Shown piece by piece: positions 27,385 through 41,340 of a stretch of 64,000 bases of DNA. The DNA comes from the human T2T-CHM13v2.0 reference genome, Homo sapiens. The notes under the pieces are model-generated. The model was not told the DNA's origin. It searched no databases and worked only from the letters and a program-made list of their open reading frames with translations. Location of the stretch: the NCBI RefSeq assembly GCF_009914755.1, contig NC_060928.1. One strand, given 5' to 3'. Both the position numbers and the translations under genes were made by a program. The stretch's first letter is position 1; every line of letters begins with the position of its first letter.

Positions 27385-28976
27385 TGTTTTATTTTAAGCC
27401 TCATTCCTAGAATCTTCTCTTCAGGCAGTTTGGGTCCCTCCCTCCCTTACCCCAGCTCTTCCATGATGCTCTGAGCACAGCCGGGAGCTTCTGGTGTTAC
27501 ACTCTTCTCCACTAAGACATCTAGTTTTCATGCTCTCTGTCTTTTCCTAATCCTCCTGATATTGCGGGGGTCGCCTTCGTTCCTATCCGCGAGACCCCTG
27601 CTTGTCCAGTGGCACACTCTGCCATCTCTTTGCTTCTCTTGCAGCCATAGAAGTAATTCCGCTTCTTAGAAATTATGCTCAGGCACAGGAATCTCTGCGA
27701 GGCTCCCTGACTGCATCGCCTGGATGCTTCATGCGTTTATTTCTCTTTGAGATCCTGTTATCACCTCCGTTCTCTGTCTGAGATGTAAGGCACAGGTTTC
27801 CTCTGCTCTCAGGCCTCTTGGATATACGCCGTGGTCTCTGCTTCTCCAGGAATCACGCGGGGAGGCCAGGAGCAGGGCCTTCATCCCTGGGACATGGTAT
27901 ATCTTCAGCCATTCTTCTCTTTCTCTCTTCCTAGCCCTTAATAAAATGAAATATTTTTTCTAGTCTAAGGGGAATCTTTGTTTTCTAAATTTGGTTTCTT
28001 TCTGACATTTTGGGTATATCCCAAAGCCTCTCTCCATTTCCACTTTCCCCCAGAGGGTTTTCATGGGACCAAAGACTAAGGTAAGGGACTACGTCGTTGG
28101 CCATGGGCCTGCAAACCTGTCGCTACCTGAGTTTTGCGTGTTTCTGTACACGCAGCTTTGCCAGGTAGCTCTCTCTGCTACTTCTGTCCCCTCGAGCATG
28201 GCATGGAAGCAGTAGAAAGAGCCTCAGCCTTCCTTGGAGTCTTGCCACTTCCCCAGAATGCCACTCACGAAGCAGAAGGCAGGCTTCTCTCCCTGGGCCC
28301 TGTTGCTCCTCTGCTGTTACCAGCTCCCCTCAGGTTCTCCACCTGCTCCCAGCGTGGACATGTTCCCCTTTCTGGAGGGAAGCCCTTTCTCCCCTCACAC
28401 CATTTTTCTCCCCAGTCCACTCTATTTCACTCAGCAGTCTGGGCTTTAGAAAACCGGTAAGAGACTCAAGCTATTTCTTCCTTCATCTTATTTCATTTCT
28501 CCTGGAGGCAATGAAATAAAACTAGAATGAGAGGATTGAGGCAGAGGAAACACAGAAAGGGAAAAAAGTCAGGAGGAAAAAACATGCTTTCAGTAGTACT
28601 TCAGAAACTTGATTTACCGCACAAATAAATAACAAGATCACTGATTGTAATAAGCACTTTGAAGAAAATGATAATACGTGGTAATACTATGGAGAGTAGA
28701 GGGAACAGGGCTTTGGATTGGGTGGTCAAGTAGTAACGTCTGAGCTGAGATTTGGAGGATGAAGGCTGAAAATACAAATAGTCATTTTATTCTTCACCGC
28801 ATTATGGTGAAAATTGTAATGAAACAACAATACAGTGCTTAGTAGGTACTCAGGAAATGGCAGTTATCATTATTGTTGTTAATGAAGCCGACAGAATGGA
28901 CACCTAGCTCAGGTCCATCGGTGATACCAGGAGGGGTCATCCAAGACTGAGCTGATGCCAAAGCCCACACTTGTAG

Positions 28977-29318
28977 CACGGGTCCCCGACCACTGGGCTG
29001 TGGACCAGTACAGATCTGCGGCCTGTTAGGAACTGGGCCACACAGCAGGAGGTGAGTGGCAGTCGGGGGAGGGAGCGTTACTGCCTGAGCTCCGCCTCCT
29101 GTCAGATCAGAGATAGCATTAGATTCTCACAGGAGCACAAACGCTGTTGTGAACTGCGCATGTGAGGGATCGAGGTTGTGCGAGAATCTAATGCTTGATG
29201 ATCTGAGGTGGAAAAGTTTCACCCCGAAACCATCCTCCCCACCCCCCTATTCCTGGTCCAGGGAAAAATTGTCTTCCACGAAACCGGTCCCTGGTGCCAA
29301 AAACGTTGGGGACCGCTG
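28977..29318. mobile_element. MER1B-like hAT-Charlie non-autonomous DNA transposon
   Basis: TIRs ca..ggtcccc.ac / gttggggaccgctg. Internal ctgcctgagctccgcctcctgtcagatcag and aaattgtcttccacgaaaccggtccctggtgccaaaaa. Confidence 0.85.
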
Positions 29319-29634
29319 CAGTAAAGTAAGCGAATTGTCCCACAGTCATAGGAAATGTCAGTCCTTTTCCTATACTTGGCAAAGATGATCATTTGGCCCT
29401 GTGAAATTCATACACCAGTGTTTGCCAGGACTTTTTAGGGTGGAACTTCCAGAAGATAATAATAGGATGTCTGTCCAATTACATGGATCTGTCCAAGCTT
29501 CACAAGAGGCATGCTTTGCACCCTTTAGGCTGCCTTTTAAATCCTCTCCAGTGGCGTTGAGGGAATAGGCTGTTTCTACGGGCTGCTGAGCCTCCTGCTC
29601 ACTCTTCATGTATAATCCTGAAAAGAGCGAGAAT

Positions 29635-29958
29635 CTAGGTCCGGGCCAACATGATTCACAGGCCAGATCTAGCCCTGTTCCTTACTTTTTGGTACTGCTT
29701 GTGAGCAGAGAATGGTTTTCACATCTTTAAATAATTGACAGCATGAAAAGAAAAGATTTCATGACATGGGAAAATTCTATAAAGTTAAAATTTCAATGTC
29801 TACAAAAAAGTGTTATTGGAACAGAGCCAGAGTTAAACATGTATGCATTGTCTATGGCGGCTTTCACGATAGAACAGCAGAGTTCAGTGATATCGCTGGA
29901 AAAGCCTAAAATATTTACTCTGTGGTCCCTTACAGCAAAAGTTTGCTGATGCCTGATC
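29635..29958. mobile_element. MER58-like hAT-Charlie element
   Basis: gttattggaaca.agcca and aaagcctaaaatatttactctgtggtcccttacagcaaaagtttgctga. Confidence 0.7.
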
Positions 29959-30159
29959 TAAATGACATAGTCCATCTTCTTATCCAGACTACATGCCAGT
30001 GTGAAATCGCCAGTATCAAATTTGTAAACCAGGGAATTAATTTTGTACACATTCGTTTTGATGATGTTACATTTTGAATTGGCATTTAAAATCTTCAAAT
30101 TATACTTTTTTGGTCCTTTGAATAGAGACTGTGATATGTGATTTTGAGCAAAATAATAA

Positions 30160-30400
30160 ATAACTAATGCTTATTGAGCACTTACCTTGTGCTAGATACT
30201 AATGTAAACACTTTATATATGCATTACTTCATTTAATCCTTGGAAAATGCCTGTAAACTGTAGGTACTGTTATTATGCCCTTTTTACAGATGATAAAACC
30301 AAGACACAAAACTTGAGTAACTTACCCACCATCTTGCAGCTATTTATAGGTGAAGTCTGGCTTTGAACTCAGACAGTGTTGTTTCAGAGCGCTTAATAAC
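30160..30400 (-). mobile_element. MIR SINE
   Basis: ttattgagcacttacc ... catttaatcct ... taggtactgttattat.ccc.ttttacagatga.aaaac. Confidence 0.7.
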
Positions 30401-30959
30401 CAGGCTGAATATGGTAGGAGGTACTGATGCTGCCTCCAACATATCACTTAATTCAGGCTATAAACTTTTAAATTAGCTTTTTAAAGTAGTTCAGTGGGGG
30501 GAGATGGGCTCATAATACAGTCGCTAGTATAATTTGTACAAGTGGCAACTCATCATTTGCATCTGTTCTAATTTTGTGTTTGACAAAGCATTTTTTAGAG
30601 ACATTAGCTCTAGTCTCTAAAAGCTCTAGTTTTGCAACCCTGTTAAAATAAGTAAGTCATTAGTGCCATTTTTTTTACAGGTCAAGAAAAAAAACTGAGG
30701 TTCCCTAGGACCACATTACTAGGAAATGATAGACCAGGGACTGATTTTCAATCCAGAATTCTTTCCACTCTACCGACCTGTATTAGGCCAACTTTCATGA
30801 CTTTTACCGTATCTGTAGACCAGCTTCACTATTTTTCACGTAATAGTTTTCTGGAGATTGATTCTTTGTAACTTTTAAATACCTATTCAGCCTTTTCTAA
30901 GCAATAATATACATAAAATAAATGAGTGTGATCCTTTTTTATTAATTGGATACTTACAT

Positions 30960-31165
30960 AACACTTGGTATATTCCAAGCACTTTACTTTAAATATTAAC
31001 TCATTTAAGTTTCATAATAACCCTGTGAGGTAGATACTATTACCATCCTCATTTTATACATTAAGAAACCAAAACTGACTTTCAGTAACTCGCCAGGGAC
31101 ACATACCTACTAAGTGGTTAGGTGGAATTTGAACCTTGGCAGTCTGGCTTCCCAATTCTGTCCTA
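30960..31165 (-). mobile_element. MIR SINE
   Basis: taactcatttaa ... ataaccctgtgaggtagatactatt ... cattttata ... gaatttgaacc ... gcagtctggct. Confidence 0.7.
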
Positions 31166-31385
31166 TTAGCCCCTTAATTTGTTTGATATATTCAGTATTT
31201 CTCCAATATACAATAAGTATATGAGTATTAAAATTAGAAGTATTTAGCTATGTCTTATCTAAAATGACCTTGCATAAAGACTGTACCATATCAGATTGGA
31301 AGATCTCTGTATCTTCTGAATGTGAAAGAGAGCACAGTCTGTTGACTTCATTGAATGTATTAGGAACATCGTAATAAGTGTCACT

Positions 31386-31465
31386 TACTGAATATGGTGT
31401 ATATTCAGTATACAGTCCTGTATACTGAATATACTGTATATTCAGTGGATACTCACTGAATATAC
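31386..31465. repeat. Five alternating-orientation copies of actgaatat(ac), including a perfect palindrome with 17-bp arms
   Basis: gtatattcagtatacag-tc-ctgtatactgaatatac at 31399-31434. Confidence 0.9.
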
Positions 31466-32442
31466 TGTAAGTAACCAGCATAATATTAAAAGTAAACCAT
31501 GAAACAAATGGTGCTTTTTTAAAATTTGGAGACTTCTGTTGTTAATAGGAATATTAAAATTAGTTACCTTTCCTGAAGAATTCCTTTTACAGTGCTCTTG
31601 TCATGTGACCACACAATTTCTGCTTAAACATTGTCAAGGAAGACAGCATACAACTTTTAGAGACAGTTTGCTCTCTGTTGTATGGCTCGGTGGTTAGGGA
31701 ATGTTTCCGTATTTGATCCAGAATCTGCTTCACTGACCCCTTCATTTATTTAGGTTTGGTGTTAGAAGATGTTCCATGATTCCTTCCCTGTCCCTACCCC
31801 CAGCAGGTTCACACTCCTGATTATGTTTGACATAAGCTAACAATAAAATAGTTTGCATCGTTTGAGAACTGAGCAGCTGCCTGTAACCGAACTTGTTTTT
31901 ATAGTACTTATTAGCAGAGAAGCAGGCCAAGAGGACAGTGTTTCCATGGACATCCAGAAAATAAATCAGTCTGCAGAAGATCCGCGTGATCATGCATACT
32001 CGTGTTTATATGAGCGCATAGTCTCATGAGTAGTAAATGGCCATGTAGCTGGGTTTCTTTTGCTAACTGTGAAAATGCTCTTAGGGTAATTCATCAAGGG
32101 ACATTCCAAAATGGTTTTGTTCAGGAAACAGTATGATTAGAAAATCTTTATAGTCTCTCAAGATGTCTACTTGAAGGGACAGTGATCATTTATGATCATT
32201 TATATGTATAAATCCTGCTATCTACATTAGAAATCAGTCTCTTTCATTAGAGTCATTATTGTGAGTTAGATTCTTTGGTTAAAACATTTCCTTAATTTTT
32301 AATGTTTTAGGTTATATAGGATAAATTCTTTTAAAAAAGAGAGAGAGAGCAAAAGAGACAGGAGAGCTAAATGCATCGCTGTCTCTTGTCTCTTGTATCG
32401 TAACATATTTGTATCTTATAATGATATTCTCCTTTTCCACAG

Positions 32443-32681
32443 GCATTTCCTATTCAAAACAGGAACAGGTACAACGCCACTGTTCAGTACTGCAACCCCA
32501 GGATACACAATGGCATCTGGCTCTGTTTATTCACCACCTACTCGGCCACTACCTAGAAACACCCTATCAAGAAGTGCTTTTAAATTCAAGAAGTCTTCAA
32601 AGTACTGTAGCTGGAAATGCACTGCACTGTGTGCCGTAGGGGTCTCGGTGCTCCTGGCAATACTCCTGTCTTATTTTATAG
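32443..32681 (+). CDS. TENM3: TENM3 internal coding exon, 239 nt, end of intracellular domain plus transmembrane helix; probably exon 5
   Basis: Encodes [79 protein letters not shown]. This includes the teneurin HFLFK and FKFKK..KYCSWKC motifs followed by a hydrophobic helix. Acceptor ccttttccacag|G, donor G|gtaaga, phase 2 to phase 1. Confidence 0.97.
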
Positions 32682-34278
32682 GTAAGAACAAGTTCTTAGA
32701 ATTACTTTGTCTGTAAATCAGGGTGTTACATTGTTTTATTACTTGTATTTATTCATTTGGTCTAGAAATATATTGTGAGATTATATTTGGTGGGGGTGAG
32801 TTTGGTAATAATGTATCATAAATCACAGAGTATTTTCAGTAATTTTCAGCAAATTTAGATACATAGAAAAGCAGGTTTTGTGGGTAGTGAGGTAATATTC
32901 TTGGACAAAAGCTATAGGGTACATTTGTGTTTGACTTATCCCTTGTGAAACATGGATAGCTCTGTGGCATTTCATGTACACAAAATAATTCATGCGCTTG
33001 CAGTAATGAACCCTGTGCAGGATTTCCTTCAATGCGTACTCAATAGGGAGCTCTCCACTGCTTGTGATATTGTAAGTCTCTCAGCTCACTCAGCCATCTA
33101 AATGTAAAACTCATCACTCAGGGCCATCATCTTGCACTCAGGAACACTCTCCAGAGAACTGGGCGTCCATAAAGCAATGAATGGATTATATACTCATTCA
33201 TATATGTGGATTTTTCTTCTCTTCTGATGTAGTATTGATCATGTTTTTCATTTGATAGTAACCCAAATAATGGAAACTACTAATAGAAGTTGTAAATATT
33301 GCTTTTATTTAACCATTTCATAACATATCTGAGCATTCACACTACTGGAAATCGCTTTTTAAAATGCCAGAAATGACCACATTGTGTTTTGATCTTCTTC
33401 TAAGTATAGGAAAAGGCCTACCACATTGAAATGCTAATGGTGTCCACTGAGATAAATCACAGGCTTTGTGGTTTATCCACCAAGAACAATAGCCAGTGAT
33501 GCATCCTCAGGTTTACAAAGCAATTTGTGATGCCCCATGAAATTCTATAACTGAATAAGAGTATTGCAGAGCTGTATGTAGAATACTATGATGTTTCTGC
33601 AGTGGACCAGTATCTTCCACTGGCTACAATACTCCTGTGATATAATTATGCACTTTGGAAAGTGAAATAACCATTTTGTGTCAGTGTTCAATGGGAAAAC
33701 AGAATTGTAGAGCATGAAGGAACTTTAGAGACAATTGAGTCAGGAATGGCAACTACGTGACAAGTTATACAGTATTTTTTCCAATTTTTTGACCATGGAA
33801 GACATCATTAATGATTCACAGCACTTTCTCTCCTTAACCCGATTACATGCTGCTTATCTTCATCAGAGTGCTTCATACAGTACCTCTGACGGCCTCTACC
33901 AGTCAGAGGTAAAAGCAAGATGAAACCTTTCTGTTACCTTTCTGTCATCTTTTAATCTAAGTTAACTTTCTCCTTATAAAGACGGTCAAACCAGATACTG
34001 AAGGGGTTGTCTCTTGACTAGGATCACACCCTAGTGAAACAATACTGCCGTTGTTTCATAACAGTGAAGGTAAATGAGTAATTTCACAACAAAAATCAAT
34101 ATTCCAGAGACAGATTTCTAGTATTCGGTTAGAAAATGTATCAGCCATCAAGAGATTCTCTTCTAGTTAGCTGTGTATATTATTTGTACCTGTCAGAAGT
34201 GTGCTGCTAAAGAATTTTAAATGGTTCTGAAAGGGACCAGTCATAAATGGGATGTAATAAATTAAGAATATGTATTTG

Positions 34279-34506
34279 AACTGAACAAGGAGAACACACG
34301 GGCACAGGGAAGGGAACAAGACACACTGAGGCCTGTCATGGGGTTGGCTGAGGGGAGGGAGAGCATTAGGTAAAAACAGCTAATGCATGCTGGACTTAAT
34401 ACCTAGGTGATGAGTTGACAGGTGCAGCAAAACCACCATGGCACACATTTACCTATGTAACAAACCTGCACATCCTGCACCTGCACCCTGGAACTTAAAA
34501 ATAAAA
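34279..34506 (+). mobile_element. Short 5'-truncated older L1PA 3' end
   Basis: L1 3'UTR motifs gcaaaccaccatggcacac-like, aacaaacctgcacatcctgcac and gaacttaaaataaaaa. TSD aagaatatgt(a/g)tttg at 34264-34278 / 34507-34521. Confidence 0.85.
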
Positions 34507-36049
34507 AAGAATATGTGTTTGTTGGGGATTTTATTTATTTATTTATTTTATTTTATTATTATTATTTTTTTTTTACTAAATGGGGCACACCAGGTAGATA
34601 AATATGCAGGGCTGGAATTCAGTGTCAGGTTGACTGGTCAGGCATCCTTTCTGATTGATAAGTGCCTGTGTGCTTCCAGTTGTTAAATATTTTGAATATC
34701 AATTCTAATGCCATTTAATTTTATTTTCATGGTGTGACTAGCAGGAAAAAATAGCATTTTAATGTGAGATCAGTCACTGTTACCTGTGAGACTTGTACTC
34801 TTTTTAAGGACCCATTAGTGAATATAACTCTCAGACTTCTAAGTAAAAACTCAAAATTTTCCTTTTTTTTTCATATTGCCTAGTTTTACTTTTTAGTAAT
34901 TACCAATCTGCTTTATTCCTACTAGTACCATGGTCATAAACCTTCCCTTTGCTTTTATTTTTCCCCACATGGCAACATGCAAATTATCTAGTTAATATAC
35001 TCATGTAGGGTTTTCAGTTCAACAGATATTTATTGAACATTTGTTTTGATCTAGTTATTGTGCTAGGAATTAAGAAGATACAATCCCAGTGTTATCTAGC
35101 AAAAAAATTACTTTTATCTTCAAAGAATTGTCTCATACTTTTATCACTTTAATTAAGCACATGTGTGCTTCCAATTTTCATTGGTCTTCCTATATTTAAA
35201 GGGCTAACACACTAACACAATGATTTTATTTTTAATCAGGTAAAAAAATTTCATTCGCTCATCAGTTCGCATGGTAAATCTTTTTTGATTAAAGACGTTG
35301 CCTTTACCCTTGAAGAAAAGAACAGGACACTTCTCTCAGGGAAGGCTGTCCTTTTCTGTTAAGTGTGCATGTAAAGCAGAGAGGGAGAAAAGAAACACTT
35401 GCCCGTCCAGCCAGATCAGTCTGATAAACCCCAGTATCAATGAGGAAGACCAATGTCATCATGAGATTGACCTTGCAACCTTTAACAGAAATGCAGCCTT
35501 CCTGAAGCTTTTTTTTCCATTCCCTTAGAATTCCCTTCTCTTATATTGACCGTTAATATACAGTAAAAGCCTAAGACATTAAAAAAGAGCTTGAGGAATT
35601 ATTTCTTCGAATATTTTTTCTTACCTTCCAGTAAGATAATGAGAACTTACGACAATGTAGATTTAACATGTCTCTTCTCTAAGGTAAGTTATCTCAGGAT
35701 AGACAAGGTGAACAGCTTCTGAAAGAGAGGCAAGGAGGGAGGGAGGGAGGTGGACAGGCTTTGTTGTTTATTTTTTCTATTTCTTCAAAATTTCAGAGAG
35801 TAAAGAAAGACCTTAAAAAGTGAAAATTAATTGTAATCCCACAGTGCATGCTGTCAACTTTTTGGTGTGTATCCTTCCAGATATTGTCCCATGTACATAT
35901 ACAGCTAGAGGTCCATATTTTTAAATGCATTTTATACTAGGCTTTTCTCACATATCATTCATTATACATCATCTATATAATTTTATTTAGTGGCTATTCT
36001 TAGTTAACTAGTTCCCCAAAATACAGTGACTTATTTTCTTGTACCTGTG

Positions 36050-36560
36050 TCCGTGCATGTTGGTGTGTGCGTATGTGTTCATTTGATCCAGTTTTTTATT
36101 GGTATACATTTTTTGAAGGATGTTTGCTGTACCACAGAGTAGGCATGTTTTAAATTTTGAAAACCATGGCAACTGTCAGTTTACATAACCACCAACGCTA
36201 GTCATTACATCTATTTATCTGTCTATATTTTATTATGCATATTTTTAACTTTTGCCAATCTCTTAGGTTAAAAGGTTGTTATTTTGATTTATTACTAGTA
36301 GCGCTGACTATCTTCTCATACATTTATTGGCCATTTGTATTTCTCTTTTTGTGTGTGAATAGCCTCCACTTTTCTATTGGGGCTATTCTCTTTTCTTTTT
36401 GATTTAAAAAGGCTATTTTCAATTAAGGATATGAATTTTTTGTCACATGTTATATACTTTTCCAATTTATTATTAACTTTGGTCAGAGTCATTTTTACCA
36501 TATTTCATTCACAAGTTTTAAAGTCGTCAAATGTATTTTTCCCTTTATATTTCTGGCTTT
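36050..36560 (-). mobile_element. Degenerate L1M fragment
   Basis: Motifs ttttgccaatct, catatttattggccatttgtatttctctttt and cactttctattggg-like. Boundaries approximate. Confidence 0.55.
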
Positions 36561-36707
36561 CAAGACATACCTGTAAAGTCCTTATTTAATCTAAGTGTTA
36601 GTTTTTATTTATTTGGTATATTTTTATTTTTTGGAGACAGGTTCTCACTCTGTTTTTTTCTTTAAATTTCTAGCTTTCATGCCATACTTATCTAATCTAA
36701 GTATTAG

Positions 36708-37026
<319 letters not shown>

Positions 37027-37719
37027 GAGGATTTTTAAAAATGTTCTTCAACTTACTCTGGTACTTAATGGTTTTTCAGTAACTATTTTTAAGTTAACAT
37101 TTTCTTGGCCACTCTGATAGATGTCAGAGGTCCAAATTAGCTCTTCATTCTAGACGCTCATAGTCAAGTGATGAGGACGTGCATAAAAACACTCTTAACA
37201 CCATACATGCTTTCATACCAGCTTGATGAGCAAAAAGAGAAGAAAGGCGATACCTACGTTTTGCTGTAGATTTGGGGGAAAGACTTGATCTGGCACCTGA
37301 TGCATGAACTGGAGCTTTGTTCACCTCACGCCAATGGCTAGTGAGAAAATCACCTTGAGATGAGGTCATCTGAGGAACAGCAAGGAGAAATGCGAAATAT
37401 CTGCCATGGTGCATGTGCAGTGCTTACTGTGCCGGGCGCTGTTCTAGAAACTGTATGAATTACCTCATTTAATTTCCACAACAACCTTAGGAGGTTTCTT
37501 CTTTTAACAAATGTAATCTGTGGCTTAGAGAGATGGCTCGCCTGAAGGCACACACACAAGGACTCTTACACTATACTGTCTCCCGTGAGGTTTTTTAAGA
37601 AGTAAAAATAGAGAAGAAATTGAAGAGATTTAAGCATAGGAGTGAAAAGGAGTCACATTTATGCTTTTGAAAGATTGTTTCAGTGGCCTTCCAGAACATG
37701 CAGTATGATGAAAGGAGGT

Positions 37720-37888
37720 CCAGAGTTGTGCTTTCCAAGCATTCCTGTGCCTAGGAATCGCCTGGGGACCTTGCTAAGATGCACGTCCTGATTTAGCAGA
37801 TCCGAAGTGAGAACCGAGATTGGTTTTTCCAGCAGGCTCTCAGGTGATGCTGCCGTGCTTCTCAGACCACAATATGAGTAGCACAGGT
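37720..37888. mobile_element. MER5-like hAT element
   Basis: gaatcgcctggggaccttgctaagatgca ... caggtgatgctg ... gaccaca ... gagtagca. Confidence 0.6.
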
Positions 37889-38098
37889 CTAGGAAATGCT
37901 GTCACGTGTCCCGTTTCATGATGGAAATGTTCTGTTTCCACACTGTCCAATTTAGTAGCCACTAGACACATGTGGCTGTTGAGCACTTGAAATGTAGCTA
38001 GTAAGTTGTAGAAACCAAAGTTTAAATTGTGCTGTTTTTCATTAAACTCAAACAGCGACATGGGGCTAGGAACTATCATTTGGATAGTACAAGTCTAG
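37889..38098. mobile_element. MER3-like hAT element
   Basis: gatggaaatgttct ... ctgtccaat ... tagccactag.cacatgtggct.ttgagcacttgaaatgt.gctagt. Confidence 0.78.
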
Positions 38099-39054
38099 AC
38101 AACCTGTTAGAAAAGTAGCCATAACTGGGAGATCATGAGGCCCTATTAGGATAGAGGAGCAAGCAGAATTGAGAAACCTTAGCTGACTCATGATAGAATA
38201 AATGTGATATGATTTCACCTATCCCAGTTTTTAAAAATCAAATGTACATATGGTAAACTTTCTTTCATTGGAGTCATCTTACCATTTTCTTTGGATTACT
38301 GAGCCTGCAGCTAAAATCCTGCTCTAATCCATTAACCTTTTGAGTTGCTGTGCCTTTACGCAACAAAAATTCTACTGATTTCTAACCACAAATGTTAGGT
38401 TCAATGATTACAGTTAGTGATACAGACCTACCCAAAGAAATACCTGTTGCACTTCTCTGGGCCCTGATGTACTCATTCTTCTTTTTTGACTCTGAAATTA
38501 AAAAAAAAAAAAAAAAAAAAAGATGAGCAGTAACCACCAGTTGTTCACCAAAGAATGGCAAAAAGGAGAAGAGTCCATGTTCTGCGTCTGTTCACCGTTA
38601 CACGATGGGTAGGAGTCTTGATACTGTTCTTTGCTCACAGAAAGCTCTTTTTTCTGGGTAGAAGATAACCTGAAATGTCAATGTTATACACATAGAAAAA
38701 TGGCCAGAAATCCCTCATGAAGGATAAACATTATTGACGCATTGCTACATGCAAATCATAATAAATGCTTGGGATGACGCCAATTAAACTGCAAATAAGC
38801 CCTCAAATCAGACTTCAAATAACACCGTTATAGACCTTTAATTTCGTGAGCATCTCTGTGCACTGCTAGGCAGAGTCAGAGAATTTCTCCATGTACAGTA
38901 GCACCAAAGGTATTTGTACATGAACTTTTTAAGGAACACTAGAGAAAAAAATATTATCAGACTATATTGTGGTGGTATATTTTCTCAATTATCTTGCCCT
39001 TTTGGCCAGGTTTTTCCTAACCAGTAATTCATTTGACAACAGAGTGTTTTAAAT

Positions 39055-39230
39055 CACAGCTTTATTGAGACCCAGTGCACATACTGTGTGATTTATCCAT
39101 TTAAATATACGGTCCAATGGTGTTTAGTGTTACATGTCCACAGAATTTTGCAGCTACCATACAGAACATTTCTCTCACCTCCAAAAAGAATCCCTGCATC
39201 CTTTAACAGTCACTCGCTGTTACCTCCCAA
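39055..39230 (-). mobile_element. Short L1M 3' end fragment
   Basis: acagctttattgaga ... atccatttaaa ... agaacattt ... ccaaaaagaatccctg, typical of an antisense L1MB end. Confidence 0.55.
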
Positions 39231-40246
39231 CACCCAGTCAATACCCAATAGTTTTTTTATCCCCACAAAAATGTTTCCATAAAAATCTGAAATTTTTAAG
39301 GGACTGTTTTGCTAACTCATTGCCCAATGAAAACAAATAACTCAGCTTTGTTTTTCTTATGAGCTCCTGACAAGTATAGCAAACCGGAGAACTACTCAAA
39401 TTTTTACTATTCCTTTCATTTAAAAAATACATATGTAGTTATTTATTTCCTTTGAACAGCTGCTACCAACTGATTTCTAAAATACATGTTGTCATATGCC
39501 TGCTAAAGAGGCTGTTTAACAACGTAAGCATTCCCTAGATCTGGCAAAACATAACCTGTCGAATCCAGGTTCATTGCAGTTATGATTCCTTAGCAGTTAT
39601 CTGTCCTACTTCTGGGCCTATTTGCATTTTATGAACATTTTTACCTCTCTGTGTACCTTGAAATTGATTATGGTAGTAGCTATATATGTGCAACTCAGGG
39701 TCAGAAGGGAAAATACGCCAGCCCTTTATGCTTCATGAAAAATCAGCCATTTAACTATATATGGCAAAATAAAATGTGTTTGACATTCTTTTTTCTTTTT
39801 GGACATGTCTTTGTAATAAAAGTGCTGTTTTATAATGTTCTAGAACACAGCCAAGCAATGAATTACATACCATTTTCCACTACAGCTTCTTCCCTTCACT
39901 CTGAGTTGCATTATAGTCAGAAAATGCGTTTTTGTCTGAGATGGTATGGAAGCATTTTAATACTAACATGATTTCATCACATTGTAGGAAAAAATGTGTT
40001 GCCTATATTTTAGAGGATGGAAAATTGTAAGACTAAAAATTTAGAATCAGTTTTTCAATATTTTATTTTATTCTGGAATCCTTAAGGACATATTTAAGCC
40101 TGATTCAATGGTGATTAAAGACTCAGAATAAAAGAATTTACCAGTATAGAAAGTAAGCTCCTCCTCTCCCCACAAACATAATGTATTTTACTCTTAGTTT
40201 GATATGAGGTCAGCTAAAGTAAATAACATATGCAAATAATACACTT

Positions 40247-40603
<357 letters not shown>

Positions 40604-40998
40604 TCAAAGACAGAACAATAAGAAATACCTTTAAAGTCAGCTTACATCCAGTTTATGCTAGATATAAATATCTTATTCATGAAATATAGTGAAGTTTTCT
40701 CTGTTTTAAACTATCATTTTTGCAAAACGTAGCAACATCTCCTAATGACAAGTGGAAAGCTTAATGCAATATTTACCACTTTACTGCTACGTTGCATAAA
40801 TATTTAATTGGTGTTGCATATGTCATTTGCTTTTACATTAGTGGTACTAACAGCGGCATATTCAGAGAGAAATGTCTGCATAGAGAGGAGTGAAAGAAAA
40901 GTAAATGGCATAAATAAGGTTAAAAAAACTTGAATTACTAGGAATTTTAGAAGTGAATTCAGCATAAAACCTTTAAGTTTCATGGAAACTATATCAAA

Positions 40999-41071
40999 CA
41001 AAGGTTTCATCCTAGAATATACAAATAAAGATACAAATATCAAAGGTTTCATCCTAGAATATACAAATAAA
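40999..41071. repeat. 31-bp direct duplication with an 11-bp spacer
   Basis: caaaggtttcatcctagaatatacaaataaa at 40999-41029 and 41041-41071. Confidence 0.92.
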
Positions 41072-41165
41072 ATTTAAATTTGTATAGAGTTTGTTGTTCC
41101 CACATCATCTTAGAATGTCTGCAGACTGCTCACATTGTCCCTTTTCCTTAAAAATAAGATTCCAA

Positions 41166-41340
41166 AGCCAGACGTGGTGGCAAGCATCTGTAGTCACAGC
41201 TTTCTGGGAGGCCGAGGCAGAAGGATCACCACTTGAGCCTCGGAGTTTGAGGCTGTAATGCCTGATGATCATGCCTGTGAATAGCCACTGCACTCCAGCC
41301 TGAACGACATAGCAAGAGCATCTCTAAAAAATAAAAAATA
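41166..41340 (+). mobile_element. Single-arm Alu (FRAM/FAM-like or isolated right arm)
   Basis: One monomer only, followed by an A-rich tail. Confidence 0.75.

Noticed and set aside
27400-28460. Moderately GC-richer unique stretch with ORFs 28134-28460 and 28234-28449
   Set aside because: No recognisable protein, poly(A)/TSD or LTR termini. It cannot be assigned from sequence alone.
31386-31465. Repeat-spacer pattern reminiscent of a CRISPR array
   Set aside because: Eukaryotic intron, units only about 11 bp, alternating orientation, spacers of 1-12 bp and no cas genes.
35734-35753. (GGGA)n tract as a G-quadruplex
   Set aside because: Only three full GGG runs. It is an ordinary short purine repeat.
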